From assembly GCF_009914755.1 (NCBI RefSeq), contig NC_060942.1: a stretch of DNA of 64,000 nt; one strand, given 5' to 3'. The notes under the pieces are model-generated. The model was not told where the DNA came from. It saw nothing but the letters and a program-made list of their open reading frames with translations, and did no database searches. Origin of the DNA: the human T2T-CHM13v2.0 reference genome, Homo sapiens. A program made the translations under genes and the position numbers. This document shows positions 1 to 14,457 of this stretch, piece by piece. Every line of letters starts with the position of its first letter. Within the stretch, counting starts at the first letter, position 1.

Positions 1-84
1 CATCTCTGGAACCTGTTGATTTTGTAAATGCAGCCGATGAAAGTCGAAAGAAGATTAATTCCTGGGTTGAAAGCAAAACAAATG
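1..84 (+). CDS. SERPINB13: SERPINB13 (hurpin) internal coding exon, cut by the window start
   Basis: Translates SLEPVDFVNAADESRKKINSWVESKTN; phase-1 GT donor at 85-86; equivalent to the 118-nt SERPINB4 exon at 47956-48073. Confidence 0.93.
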
Positions 85-1019
85 GTAGAGTATGGGTGGG
101 TCATTCATTGCAAAAAAACAAAAACAAAGAAACAAACAAACAAAAAACACTTCTTGACAACCTGCTGTGAATGAAGCCCTGGACTTGTCACTGCGTGGGG
201 TGCCATGCAGTGCACAAGCTTTGGGAAGGGACTTGAGATAGGTTTTGCAGGGTTGGAAGGGCAAGCCCAGGCCTAGGAGGTAGGGAAGGCACTGCAGATG
301 GTGGAGCAATTTCAGCAAATGTGGAGCGGCCAAGGGGAGCCAGTGAGGGGACTGCATGAAGCCAAATGCACGGAAACGCTTGCTGGAGCACTGTTTACAC
401 ATAGCCATGGATCACAATATCTTGGGGGTCCTGAAAATAGGATGATGCCTGTCTTGGGTTTACATTCTTTCCTTTATATCAGAGCCTTTCTTCCTGAGTT
501 TTTCTCTGTCTGTGTTAAATGAGAAACACGCAGCTCTCCCATCAAGACTTGTCGTTCCCATCCACAGCTGGGGCCACCTAGTCTTCATCTTCACTTAAGC
601 ATAGTGCAGGGGTAACGACAACCTACAGCTCTCCCCACAGCAGAGGATTTGACAAGTTTCTTATCCCATTATTCCTTTCTCATCCCCTGGTATGGGAAAT
701 CCACAGAGAAATGTTAATGTGGAAATTCACCTTGGGGAGCAATAGCTGATACTTTAGTGTTAGAGTTTCAGATTCCATTTTTATACCAATTATCAGAGAG
801 AACTTTGTTATTCAGAATGTGTTTTTTTTTCCCCTCATGCTTGGTCTGAAGAAAGGAAATAAAAGAAACAGAAAAAATAGGATCTTTCAAAAAGTTGAAC
901 AGTATTTTTTAGAATTTATTGTGGGATGGGGTGAACTCAGAGACAAAAATATCAACTCCTTCTCCAATATAATAAGTAATCCCTTAATCTCAGGTGGTAA
1001 CTATATTGAATGGTAAGCA

Positions 1020-1255
1020 TAATAGCTAACACAGAGTGCTTATTATGTGTGAGATGGTATTCTAATAGCTTTACATGTGTTAAATCATTTGTTCCTTTCA
1101 ACAACCCTATGAGGCAGATTTTATTCCTATTTTACAGATGTGGAAACTGAGGCACAGAGAGTTTAAATAACTTGCCCAAGATTCCTCAGCTGATAAGAGG
1201 CAAACTGGATGCTAACAGAGGCATCTGACCCCAGAGTCTGGACTCTTAACCATGA
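1020..1255 (-). mobile_element. MIR SINE
   Basis: Reverse-complement MIR core attttacagatgtggaaactgaggcacagagagtttaaataacttgcccaag. Confidence 0.85.
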
Positions 1256-1466
1256 ACCTTAATTTATCCACTGGGATAAATAGGCGATGGGCAAAATGAG
1301 AACCTCCCCGTCGATTCTGCCAGCAAACCCTTTGTCAGCAAGGCCCTCAGGTGCTGACCTGGCTGGGTTTTTAATGATCAGTCAAGTCCATCCGCATCAT
1401 ATTTGTCATACATATTACTTGTCATTTGGAAGATGGGTCAACGTTTTTCTGTTTCTTCATTTGCAG

Positions 1467-1609
1467 AAAAAATCAAGGACTTGTTCCCAGATGGCTCTAT
1501 TAGTAGCTCTACCAAGCTGGTGCTGGTGAACATGGTTTATTTTAAAGGGCAATGGGACAGGGAGTTTAAGAAAGAAAATACTAAGGAAGAGAAATTTTGG
1601 ATGAATAAG
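1467..1609 (+). CDS. SERPINB13: SERPINB13 coding exon (143 nt)
   Basis: ttgcag acceptor and gtatgg donor; EKIKDLFPDGSISSSTKLVLVNMVYFKGQWDREFKKENTKEEKFWMNK; same length as the paralogous SERPINB4 exon. Confidence 0.95.
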
Positions 1610-1670
1610 GTATGGCCCTTAGTTTATTTTCGTGATGTGCTTACACATGGAATGTAAAGTCTAAAGTCAT

Positions 1671-2043
<373 letters not shown>

Positions 2044-2140
2044 TTAGATTGAGCTAATTATTTTGATGAACTAACTTGGTTGCCTTAATGCCTTTGGTCT
2101 TATGTCCTTTGATATTGTGTGCTCTGTTAATTTGTTGCAG

Positions 2141-2296
2141 AGCACAAGTAAATCTGTACAGATGATGACACAGAGCCATTCCTTTAGCTTCACTTTCCTG
2201 GAGGACTTGCAGGCCAAAATTCTAGGGATTCCATATAAAAACAACGACCTAAGCATGTTTGTGCTTCTGCCCAACGACATCGATGGCCTGGAGAAG
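2141..2296 (+). CDS. SERPINB13: SERPINB13 coding exon (156 nt)
   Basis: ttgcag acceptor and gtaaac donor; STSKSVQMMTQSHSFSFTFLEDLQAKILGIPYKNNDLSMFVLLPNDIDGLEK. Confidence 0.95.
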
Positions 2297-2729
2297 GTAA
2301 ACGCTTACACCTCCTTATTCTTTCTTTCATTTCCTAAGGCTTTTTGTCTCAGGGCTTCTGAGTAGGAGCTGGTGGCCAGCAGTGTCAAATAGAAAGTGTT
2401 TCTCACTCTCCAGCAGCTACAGATGGATGTCTACTGGGGAGCATTAAATAGTATGGGTCAGGTTTATTGAGAACAACTAATCCTAGAATGTTTGGGATGA
2501 ACTAAAATGAACATTTAAGATTATATGGGAGTCCTAACGATCACCCACCATTCTGAGAAATGGTTGGTATCTATGGACCCCTTTCCTGGAAAAAAGAAAT
2601 CACATATGCATATATACAACCAGTTCTGCACACTGTTCAATAGGCTTTTGGAGCTTTTGAATTTCTTTCTTACACTCTTACACCATTGATTTAGTCTCAT
2701 CCATTCTGTGGTTAAAAAAATTATGTGAA

Positions 2730-3090
<361 letters not shown>

Positions 3091-4054
3091 TCAAATCCCT
3101 GTTCCTCTAGTGGCTTTCTGACCCTTGAAGCTTCTTAACTTCCTTGAACTTCAATACTTTCCCATCTCTGAAGAGGGCTCCATGGTGGTTAACGTGCAGC
3201 AGTGTTGGAATGATTAGAGAAACGTAGCCTAGAAGGGGTCTAGGACATAGAAAGCACTCAAATGATAACTGCTATCGTCTTATACTACCAGATGCTGTGC
3301 TACTTCTGTGAAATATTGCTAGTAGCATTTTAAGTTGGAAAATATTTTGAGACAGCAAAATAGCAATATGTCTGAGAGCTTTAAGAGTATTTCTGATTCA
3401 AAAACCCCAGTTGTGGGAATTACTCTAAAGAAATAATGCAGAAGAAAAAAGTTGCCTTTCTGAGTAAAATCAGTTATTTCGGTATTAAATACACTGGAAT
3501 GCCCAGTTTGAAATTCATCGTAATTATTATTTTGTATCCTTAGTAACTATCAAATCTATCACAATGCCTGATAAAGACTAAATGTTTGTAAAGTGAATGA
3601 ATAGCTAAATATTGGGAAAAATTTATCAACTTCATAAGAATATTATCTAGCTGTTTGAAGATAGGAGAGATATGCAATATTGTGAAAAAGTTTACTTTTT
3701 ATCAAATAAAATGGACATTCACTGTGATTGCAACTATGTAAATATATATGCATTCAAAGACTAGGAGAGATAGTTAAAATGAAATATATACTAGGTTGAT
3801 AAAATAAGAAATGACTTATTTTTAATCTTTAAAAATGTATTCAATGCTATTGGATTTCCACATATACACAGATAATTTAAACAGAGAGATATAAGACAAC
3901 CGCCTGCAGTATAAAGACAACAATCTAGTGAAATAAAATTTCTACTTTTAATATTACTAAAATTAATAACTTCTGACTGACACAAATCAGTGTTACACTG
4001 TTTTAGATTTTTATTGATAATCATGCCATTCTACTCTTCTTTTTTTGAAAATAG

Positions 4055-4459
4055 ATAATAGATAAAATAAGTCCTGAGAAATTGGTAGAGTGGACTAGTC
4101 CAGGGCATATGGAAGAAAGAAAGGTGAATCTGCACTTGCCCCGGTTTGAGGTGGAGGACAGTTACGATCTAGAGGCGGTCCTGGCTGCCATGGGGATGGG
4201 CGATGCCTTCAGTGAGCACAAAGCCGACTACTCGGGAATGTCGTCAGGCTCCGGGTTGTACGCCCAGAAGTTCCTGCACAGTTCCTTTGTGGCAGTAACT
4301 GAGGAAGGCACCGAGGCTGCAGCTGCCACTGGCATAGGCTTTACTGTCACATCCGCCCCAGGTCATGAAAATGTTCACTGCAATCATCCCTTCCTGTTCT
4401 TCATCAGGCACAATGAATCCAACAGCATCCTCTTCTTCGGCAGATTTTCTTCTCCTTAA
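4055..4459 (+). CDS. SERPINB13: SERPINB13 last coding exon with hinge and reactive centre loop
   Basis: 405 nt; IIDKISPEKLVEW...[52 protein letters not shown]-stop; serpin signature and hurpin-type RCL. Confidence 0.96.
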   Translation: MIDKISPEKLVEWTSPGHMEERKVNLHLPRFEVEDSYDLEAVLAAMGMGDAFSEHKADYSGMSSGSGLYAQKFLHSSFVAVTEEGTEAAAATGIGFTVTSAPGHENVHCNHPFLFFIRHNESNSILFFGRFSSP

Positions 4460-4847
4460 GATGATCGTTGCCATGGCATTGCTGCTTTTAGCAAAAAACA
4501 ACTACCAGTGTTACTCATATGATTATGAAAATCGTCCATTCTTTTAAATGTTGTCTCACTTGCATTTCCAGTCTTGGCCATCAAATCAATGATTTAATGA
4601 CTCCAATAATGTGTGTGTTTATAACCATCCTCGAAAGTGAAATGTCCTTTTCTTTGTGCCATGCGTAAGGTGAGTCAAACCAAACCTCATTGATAATCTC
4701 CCTTTGGTTTCCTTTGAAAGTAAATTGGTATCTTGTAGTTTTGTGCACACGAAAGGAGAGAAAGTCTCTCCAGTAAAGAGTACGAACTAGTAATTTTGGG
4801 GGGTCTCTCTAATTCTGGTATTTTGACATGTTATAATACGCAAGTAA

Positions 4848-5076
4848 AATAAAACAATAGTTTACTCAGCTCATGTTACTATTCCCCAACAGATATTGTG
4901 GCAAATCACACATAGGAAAGAGAATTTGGGAATACAGTAGCAAAACATAAATTAAAACTCAAATGCCAGGACAAAATAAAACAATATACCAGATGGAGAG
5001 GATGCCCGTATTTTCATCTTCCATTCTAACATTATCCATTGTTAGATGCATAAGCATTTTGATATTGTGTAATAAA
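4848..5076 (+). terminator. Candidate polyadenylation signals in the SERPINB13 3' UTR
   Basis: AATAAA at 4848-4853, 4975-4980 and 5071-5076; which is used cannot be told from sequence. Confidence 0.45.
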
Positions 5077-7125
5077 TGTGGTATTTGAGAAGATAAATGA
5101 TGTAGTTGATCAGTATTCCTCCTCTATCACCTTTTTAGACTTTGTAAGGTAAATATTTGGACTAACTTTTAGAAAAGTTTCCCTTTTTTTCTCCATTTAC
5201 ATTTTTCTGGTTTTTTTTTTTTTTTGAGTGAGGTACGAGTATTACCAAATGATATTTTCTGAAGATGCTTTTTGGAAAGCTCTGAATCTATACCTAATGC
5301 TCTTAATTATTGGCTTGTTTCATTTTTTTCCTCCAGTTTTTAACAAGATCACATAACTGGCTTATTTTTAACAGCTTTGTCAAACTACAATTTACATGCC
5401 GTAAAATGTACACACTGTAATTTTATAATTCATTGACTTTTAGTAAATTTCTAGCGTTATGCATCGCCACAATCCAGTTTTAGAATATTTCCATGACCCT
5501 AAGAAGTTTCCTCATGTCTATTAATATTCCCAATCCTAGGCACCACTGAGTTGTTTTCTGTCTTTATAAGTTTTTCTTTCTACATCTTATATAAATGGAA
5601 TCATAATACATGTAGTATTTTGTGTCTGGCGTCTTGCACTTAGCATGGTGTTCTTGAGGTTCATCTGTTGTAGTATGTATTGATACTTAATTTTTTTATT
5701 GCCGAATACTATTCCATTGCATGGAAAAGACCTATTTTATTTCTAGGTTCACCAGTTGAGGGACATTTGGATTGTTCCCACTTCTTGGCTGTTAGGAATA
5801 ATGTTGCTCTGAACATGTAAATAAAGATCTTTGTGTTCACATATGTTTTCATTTCTGTTGGGGAGATTCCTAGGCTAGAAATTGCTGGGCCATATGAAAA
5901 ATCAATAGTTAGCTTTGTAAGAAACAGTCAAACTGTTTTCCAACGTGACATTTTATATTCCCACCAGGAATGTTTAAAACTAGTGTCTTCAAATCCTCAC
6001 CAACATCCAGGATTGTGTCTTTATGATTATAGCCATTTTTGTAGGTACAAAGTGGCATCTCATGGTGGTTTTAATTTGCATTTCCATAATATCTAATTAG
6101 GTTGAGCTTTTTTTATGTGCTTATTGGCCATTTGTTTGACTTTGTTTGGTGAAATGTATACAAATCATTTGCTCATTTTTAATTTGGGTTGTCTGTCTTG
6201 TCTTCTCATTTTATTGAGTTAAATGAGTTCTTAATAATCTCTGGCTTACAAGTCCTTAATTTATCAAATATATGATACGTGGACATTTCCTCATAGTCTG
6301 TGGTTTCTTTTAATTTTGTTATTAGTCTTTTTAGAACATATATAATAATTTTTAAAAGATATAATTTAATACCATAAAATCTGCATATTTAAAGTACAAT
6401 TCATTGGTTTTAGTGTATTCACAGAGTTGTGTAGACACCTCCACTGTCTAATTTTAGAACATTTATAACACCCCAAAAGAAATTCTATACTCATTAACAA
6501 TCACTCCCCATGCCTCTCTTCCCCAACTCATAGAAATAAATATTCTGTTGTCTGTCTCTGTGAACTTGCGCATTCTGGACATTTCATATAAATGGCATCA
6601 TATAACATGTGGCCTTTTGAAACATGATTCTTTCACTTTGCCTAACAATTTTAAGTTACATTCAATTTGTAGCATGAATCAATACTTCATTCCATTTTTG
6701 GCTAAGTAACATTCCATTGTATGGGTACGTTAGACTTTGTTTATTCATTAATTAGTTAACAAACATTTGTATTTGACTTTTTGGCTCTTATGAATGTTAC
6801 TATGAACATTTTGTGTGGAACAAGTTTTTGTGTGGATATATATCTTCATTTCTTTTGGGTATATACCTAGGAGTGGAATTGCTGGGTCATGTATTACTAG
6901 TACCTTTGTGTTTATCGTTTTGAGGAAATACTAAATTGTTTTCCAAATCAGCCGTACCATATTACAATACCACAGCAATGCATGAGGGTTCCAATTCTCT
7001 ACATCGTAGCTATACTTATTCTAGTCTTTTTAGATTTTTGCTATCCTAGTGAATGTGAATTAGTATCTCAATAGTTTTGTGGGATCTTTCATAGGGTGAT
7101 TGGAGTTCAGCTTATCATTAATATT

Positions 7126-7442
7126 TCTTTTTTTTTTTCTTTTTTTTTTTGTGATGAGTCAATCTCTGTTGCCAGGCTGGAGTACAGTGGCGCGACCTTG
7201 GCTCACTGTAACCTCTGAGTCCTTGGTTCAAGTGATTCTCCTGCCTCAGCCTCCTGAGTAGCTGGGATTACAGGCACGTGCCACCAAGCCCAGATAATTT
7301 TTGTATTTTTGTATTTTTTTTTTAGCATAGACGGGGTTTCACCATGTTGGCCAGGATGGTCTCGATCTCCTGACCTCATGATCCGCCCACCTCGGCCTCC
7401 CAAAGTGCTGGGATAGCAGGCTTGAGCCACTGCACCCAGCCC
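7126..7442 (-). mobile_element. Alu (AluS-type)
   Basis: Poly-T followed by antisense Alu dimer; flanked by attaatat direct repeats. Confidence 0.9.
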
Positions 7443-7651
7443 ATTAATATCTTCTAAGGTTCAGGCTTTGGTATCAAATCTGAGCATATTTCCCTAATGA
7501 TTAGTCATGTTGAGCATTTTTTACTATCTCTGTTGGCCATTTTGTATGTCTTCTTTTGAGAAATGTCTATACACGTTCCTTGCCCATTTTTAAAATTAGG
7601 TTTTTTGTTTTCTTGTTATTGTTTGTTATTTTTATATTTTGGATATTAACC

Positions 7652-8557
7652 TTTTTTTTTTCTTCAACTTTTATTTTAAGTTCAGGGATACATGTGCAGG
7701 ATGTGCAGGTTTGTTACATAGGTAAAGCATGTGCCATGGTGGTTTACCGTACAGACCATTCTATAACCTAGACACTGAGCCCAGCATCCATTAGCTATTC
7801 TTTCTCCCTGTTAGAAGTGAGAACATGTGGTATTTGGTTTTCTGTTCCTGCATTAGTTTGCTGAGGATAACAGCTTCCAGATACATCCACATCCCTGCAA
7901 AGGACATGATCTTGTTCCTTTTAATGGCTGCATAGTATTCTATGGTGTATATGTACCACATTTTCTTTATCCAGTTTATCATTGATGGATATTTAGGTGG
8001 ATTTCATGTCTTTGCTATTGTGAATAGTGCAGCAATGAACATACATGTTCATGTATCTTTATAATGGAATGATTTATATTCCTTTGGGTATATACCCAGT
8101 AACGGGATTGCTGCGTCAAATGGTATTTCTGTCTCTAGATCTTTGAGGAATCGCCACACTGTCTTCCACAATGGTTAAACTAATTTACACTCCCTCCAAC
8201 AGTGTAAAAGTGTTCCTTTTTCTCCACAACTTTACCAGCATCTGTTGGTTTTTGACTTTTAAATAAGAGCCATTCTGACTGGCATGAGGTGGTATCTCAT
8301 TGTGGTTTTGATTTGCGTTTCTCTAATGATCAGTGATGTTGAGCTTTCTTTCATGTTTGTTAGCCACCTGTATGTCTTCTTTTGAGAAGTGTCTGTTCAT
8401 GTCCTTTGCCCACTTTTTAATGGTTTTTTTTTTTCTTGTAAAGTTGTTTAAGTTCCGTGTAGGCTGTGGATATTAGACCTTTGTCAGATCGATAGATTGC
8501 AAAAATTTTCTCCCATTCTGTAGGCTGTCTGTCTGTAGGCTCTGATGATAGTTTCTT
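7652..8557 (-). mobile_element. L1PA (older primate subfamily) 3' fragment
   Basis: caacttttattttaagttcagggatacatgtgcaggatgtgcaggtttgttacatagg, then antisense ORF2 C-terminal sequence (ORF 7791-7982 WIKKMWYIYTIEYYAAIK). Confidence 0.85.
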
Positions 8558-9960
8558 CTAACCTTTAATCAGATATATGACTTGCAAATATTTTCTCCCA
8601 ATCCAGAGGTGGTCTCTTCACACTCACAGGACCATTTCTCAAAAAGATGATTCTTTCTGCATTGCATTGTCTTTGTATCTTTATTAAAAATCAGTTGACA
8701 ATAAATACAAGAATTTTTCTTATTAAGCTTATGCCTAGGTATTTTTTTTTTGCTATCATGAATTACATTTCATTTTCCAACTTTTTTGTTTGTATATATA
8801 AAGGTTATTAATTGTTGTAATTGTAGTTTTATAAGCTATTGTCTTATAAAATTATTTTATTGCTTGTGTAGTGTTTTCATCAATTATTTTGTGTTTTCCA
8901 GATATTTAATTATATCACACTATATCAAATAGAGCATACATAATTTTCAAATTGATTTTTACCTCTTCCTTTCTAATTCTAAGGCTCTATTTTCTTCCTC
9001 TTCTTTGAATGCATGGCTAATACCTCTAATAATATGGTAAATAGTAGTAAAGATAGTGGTCATTCTTGTCTATATTCTGAATTAATGGTACTGCCTCTCA
9101 TATTTCCCCGTTAAATTAAAAAAGTGTGTTGGCTGTCAGGCTGAGTATATAAATGTTTTCTTAAGTTCTGGAAGTATCCATGAACTCATGATACATGTGT
9201 TTTTTAACATTAATGGGAATTGATTTTTTTAAAATGCCTATTGTGCATCTAAATAAATGATCATATATTCTGTTCTGCTCATTAATATGTATATTTGTTT
9301 GTTGAGCCCATTTAAAATTCTATTTAACTTCTGACAATTTTGAGTATTCAGTTTACATTGGCATTAATTTGGAAAATCATCTTCCAGATAATTTCATCTA
9401 AAATTGTACCTATATTTTGTAAACTTCCTATTTGTTGGTTTTTCCCCAGGCTTTTCTGACATTTTTTATTCTAAAGACTTATAATTAATATTATAGAACT
9501 TTCCAACAATGCACTGATTTTAAAGCAAAGATTGTATGCACACACTTGGCCATTGTTCATTTTTGTAATTTTTTTTTTGGTAATCAGTTTGTTTGATTTT
9601 TTTATATCTCCATCTCTTCTTTGAAAGGGTTTTTAAGATGGCAAAATTTTTAAATTTACCTTTTTTAAGAGAACATGTGAACATTATTTTCTAGTTTATA
9701 TCATTCATTTTTTTATCCTAAAATGACTGTGAGTTATCACTGTTGATTTTCAGAAAATGAAATTCTTCAGTTTGTTTCCACTGAGGATAGTACAAATTCT
9801 AAGCTGTGGCTCTAAGAAAATCCCCAAGAAGTTCCCAAACTATTTTGAATAATAAAACTAACTTGAAGCCATCAGTTCTCGTTTTTCATGTTCCAACTGA
9901 GTACTCTTGTTAAAATCTCAGAGGGCAGTAGAGGGATACTGTAAGGTAGGAGGAGAGACT

Positions 9961-10296
9961 TTCTTTCTTTCTTTCTTTCTTTTTCTTTTCTTTTTCTTTC
10001 TTTTTTTTTTTTTTTTGAGACAGGGTCTTGTTCTGTTGCCCAGGCTGGAGTGCAGTGGCATGAACTTGGCTCACTGTGGCCTCAACCTCCCAGGCTTAAG
10101 TGATCCTCCTGCCTCAGCCTCTTAAGAAGCTGGGACTACAAGTGTGTGCCACCATGCCTGGCTAATTTTTGTACTTTTTGTAGAGATGAGGTCTCACTGT
10201 GTCACCCAGGCTGGTCTCAAACTTCTGGGCTCAAGTGATCTGCCCACCTCGGCCTTCCAAAGTGCTAGGATTACAGGCATGAGCCACTATGCCCAG
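9961..10296 (-). mobile_element. AluJ
   Basis: gagacagggtct...ggctcaagtgatc AluJ-type motifs; (TTTC)n/poly-T tail. Confidence 0.88.
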
Positions 10297-11089
10297 CTAT
10301 ATTCTGTCTGTTTTCTTCCTGCTCCTAACTCTATCTCTAACCTCATTCCAGCAAGGGTTTTTCTCTCCTGGAAGTGTAGTTTTGGTTTTAGTCCTCCTAA
10401 CCTCCTAACCTTATTATGACCTTTTAGATACATCAGCATTAACTATGTGATGCCCTTTCCTCCAAAATCTGAGTTCCAGATCTGAGTTCCAAAATAGAGA
10501 TTCTCTACCAAATTTCTAGGCTCTGATATTCCCAACATTACAGTTTGTTCCCTCACTGTTGGAGTGGTCCTTCTTGTCTACAGTTACTTTGTTTTGTTGC
10601 TTCAGGGTTCCCTAACACCTGTTTATGAATTCCTCATGTTAAATTCATTCTGTTGCAATACCTGGTGTGAGTCCTTTTTTCCTGCCTCATCCCTAATTAA
10701 TGCACATATGTTATTTTCAGTATTTTAGCATAATGAAAATTGCTGTTCTCAGTTCCTTTTGACATTTCACAACATCAGCTCCTCGAATATTATTTTTGGA
10801 ATATTTTTATATGCTGTTTATTTAAAACATTTTCTTCTGCCTGGTAACAATTAAAAATTATTTTTAGCTATAAATATTCCAGGCAAACAGAAACAAATAG
10901 AAAACAATATGATCAGCAGATTCAACAGATAGTTACATTTTGCATATTTGTTTCAATTTCTGTTTTCAAAGACAGGAAATGTTACATATACAGCTAAACC
11001 CAATTCTGTACTTTTTCTATTCCTCAATATTGAAGGTTAATCACTGTTCTGAAGATGGTGTTTGTAACACCAGTTATGCTTCATACTTC

Positions 11090-11270
11090 TGAGGTAGGAG
11101 TCTGGACATGACTCAGCAGGCAAGACTCAACTCTGGCAGTGGGGTTCAGACATCAGACAAATTGAGGACTAGCTAAAACAGGGAAGAGTTGGAAGCACCT
11201 CTCCAGAAGACATGCCCACCAGTGTGCCATATCAGTTTACCCTTGCCATGGCTACACCCAGAAGTTATGG
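11090..11270 (+). mobile_element. Truncated ERV1 LTR (MER50-like)
   Basis: tgaggtaggag...aaattgaggactagctaaaacaggg...cagtttacccttgccatggc matches the remembered MER50 5' half. Confidence 0.65.
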
Positions 11271-11280
11271 ATGAAGCTGC

Positions 11281-11735
11281 TATGGATGAAGCTGGAGGAC
11301 ATTATGCTAAGTGAAAAGTAATACACAAAAAGAAAAGTACTGAATGATCTCACTTAAATGTGTAATATAAAAAAGTCAAATACATAGAGAAAGAGAATAA
11401 AATGGTAACTATCAGGGATTGGGGAGATGCAGGGAGAGGGAGAAAAAATAGAGAGATATAGGTCAAAGGATCCAAAGTTGAAGATATGTAGGATGAACGA
11501 GTCTAGAGCTCTAACGTACAAGACAAGGATGATGGTTAATAATAATGTATTATATATAAGATTTTTGTGAAAATAGTAGATTTAAGGTGCTCTTGCCACA
11601 CATACAAAAAGGATAACTATGTGAGATGACGGATATATGTTAATTTACTTCACTAGAGCAACCATTTCACTGTGTACATGTATATCAAAACATCAGGTTG
11701 TATATAGAGATATAAAATAAAAAAGTAAAAAAAGA
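11281..11735 (+). mobile_element. L1MA-type 3' end
   Basis: atggatgaagctggaggacattatgctaagtgaaa...ggtcaaaggatccaaagttg...A-rich tail. Confidence 0.8.
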
Positions 11736-12784
11736 TTGTGTGTTTAAAATGATATTCAAAAGAGGACATTTAAACAAAAAGGAGTTAAAATAATAAAATG
11801 CTTCAATACAAAATGTTTTAAGGGAATTTAAAAGGTGGGGAAGTATTAATTTTCATGGGCATTTTGTTGAATGACACCTCTGATGCTCAAGAACTGGAGA
11901 ATGAGGCTCAAAGCTGGAACAAAGAGTCTTTAAGTGCCCTACATTCATAAAACCCCTGAGTATTGCAACAAGACACCTCGGGCTTAGGATGAAAAGGCCA
12001 AACCAGCTCTTCTGCTTCTGACCAGTTAGATGGCCACCCCCTTCTCAGTCTATTAAAAAGGGCAGGAATGAAGCAGTGGAGGTGATTCATCTGAGTTGTG
12101 AGTAATAAGCCTTTAGCAAGTGCAGTGAATGAAAATGCAGTAACGATGGGCCAACAGGTAAACAGATACAGCAGGAGTATTACTAACCACAGGTACAGTT
12201 CAGGGCCTTCATCAGTGCTTCCCCCACCAGCTACAGATATGAAGCCCCTTCATTCCACACTCCCTTGACCAAATATTCAAGGTCTCTTTCTTTGGGTTTA
12301 CAAGTGTCCACAATGGAGCTGGGCATGTCCATAAGTGGTAAAAGGAGGATATCAGGAAACAGTCAGGTGATATAGTTGAGCAGTATCCTATCTGGCAAAC
12401 AGCAGAGGAACAGCTGTTTAAACCCTCTCTTGGTGCCACTTGGCTCTAATCTGGCAAGGTTGTTAATCAGTTCTAAAGGACCTCGACTGGTCACATGGCT
12501 CAGTCCTGGCCAATCACTGTCTGTGTTCAGCCACAGTAGTCTGTCTGAGGGATAAGAATGTGGCCTTGGACTTCATATAAACATGATGGGACTGAAGCCC
12601 TCTTTCCTTGGGGTTACTAGATGGCATAAAGTTATCTACGTATTTCCTGAAGTCATATACTGTTCTTCTCATGGTGCAGGAAGCTTTCCCTTATACAGTA
12701 GAAGAAGATGAGACCAATACTGAGAAACAGTGCCAAGGGATGAATCTCATCTTCGCCACCCACTGACACACACATACATGCGCC

Positions 12785-12812
<28 letters not shown>
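12785..12812. repeat. (CA)n microsatellite
   Basis: About 14 CA units seen directly. Confidence 0.95.
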
Positions 12813-12816
<4 letters not shown>

Positions 12817-13191
12817 ACCTGATCCACTCTGTTTCACAGTTCTACCAGCCAGCAAATGTCTGTAGTTGGTTAAGCTAGTTAAAGCTGGGCTTCAATTCTG
12901 GGTACCTGAAGAAGACTGGGGAATACACAGCATCTTTAGATGAAAACTTATTAATAGCAGCCAGGTTGGAATCTGTTTCTAAGGGATGGCTGGAGTCCTA
13001 GTTATTTTGGGGAATTGACTGAAAAGATTTCCACTTGTTTTACATACGGGGAGCGGCGGGGGGGTGGGGGGGGGTGGGTGCCAATGGCACAGCTAGCATA
13101 TTTTTAGAGAATATAAATTTTGCCTTATAGTTTGCCTAGATAGAAAACCATCTATTACAGGGAGAATAAGAAAAGTAAATCTGAGAGTTAA

Positions 13192-13525
<334 letters not shown>

Positions 13526-13924
13526 TTCTTTGGTAATAGTTTTCAAATGAATCTCTTGCTTCTTGTTTACATCTGAGAGATGGTTTATGAATTGTATAAT
13601 TCACATCTGCTTCAAGGTAGGTTGGTAATATTTCAGTGGGCACATTATTATAATTGATCAAATTCTTTGGATAAGAATGCATTTATTAATAAACAGAAAC
13701 ATCAGAGTAAGCTCTGAGCATTCTTTTTTGTAAGACAATTTAGGGCAATGTTGTGTTGGCTTCTATGGTGATAATCACATTTACAGAAGTATTTGGGTCA
13801 AATATAAACTACTGCCCATGTTACATTCTTTGGAAGTGATCAGCTTCTGAGGAAAGACAGAGTGGCTGGTGTTGTGGAACATGTGGAATATGCATGAGAG
13901 GTCCGATGGGGAAATGCTTACAAA

Positions 13925-14165
13925 TGAGGACTCTGGAATCGGATTACCTGAATTTGATTTCTAGCTCCACCACCACTTAATAATGTGACTTTGAGCAAGC
14001 CATATAACCGTCTCTATCATAATTTCTTCATCTGTAAAATGGGGAGATCACCCAATAAAGTAATGCCTTGTAGGGTTGTTTTTGAGATTAAATAAGATTG
14101 TCTATACGAAGTGCTTAAGAAAATGGCTGGCACTTAAAAAATTCTCAGTAAATGTTAGCTGCTGC
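13925..14165 (+). mobile_element. MIR SINE
   Basis: ggactctggaatc...gtgactttgagcaag...tttcttcatctgtaaaatgggg...aaatgttagct. Confidence 0.85.
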
Positions 14166-14457
14166 TTCTTTTTCCTTCTCCTTTTCATCGTCATCCTCCT
14201 CCTTCCTCTATAATTGTTTATAGTAATTGAATGCAGTAATTCTATCAGTCTGTGTCCCAGCAGGAAAGAGATGATGTATTTAACTAGGTTTTTAAAAGAG
14301 AATGTTCTTTACATAAATTTTTATTTGGAGTCATTTTAGATTTGCAGAAAAGTTGCAAAGATAGTAGAGTGAGTTTTCATATGCCAGTCACTCAGTTTCA
14401 GTTTCTGCTAATTATTGTCGTGCATTTATCAAGAATAAACCAACATTGGCACATCAC

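Larger units (their letters stand above)
5360..9300 (-). mobile_element. Cluster of fragmented old L1 (L1M-type) pieces with nested younger insertions
   Basis: Recurring antisense L1 3' motifs such as attgctgggtcatatg, gttttaatttgcattt, ggccatttgt; boundaries approximate. Confidence 0.7.

Noticed and set aside
12321-12330. GGGCATGTCC p53/p63 half-site, plus scattered AP-1 TGA(G/C)TCA motifs elsewhere
   Set aside because: Single half-sites and 7-mers are expected by chance in 64 kb; no adjacent second half-site
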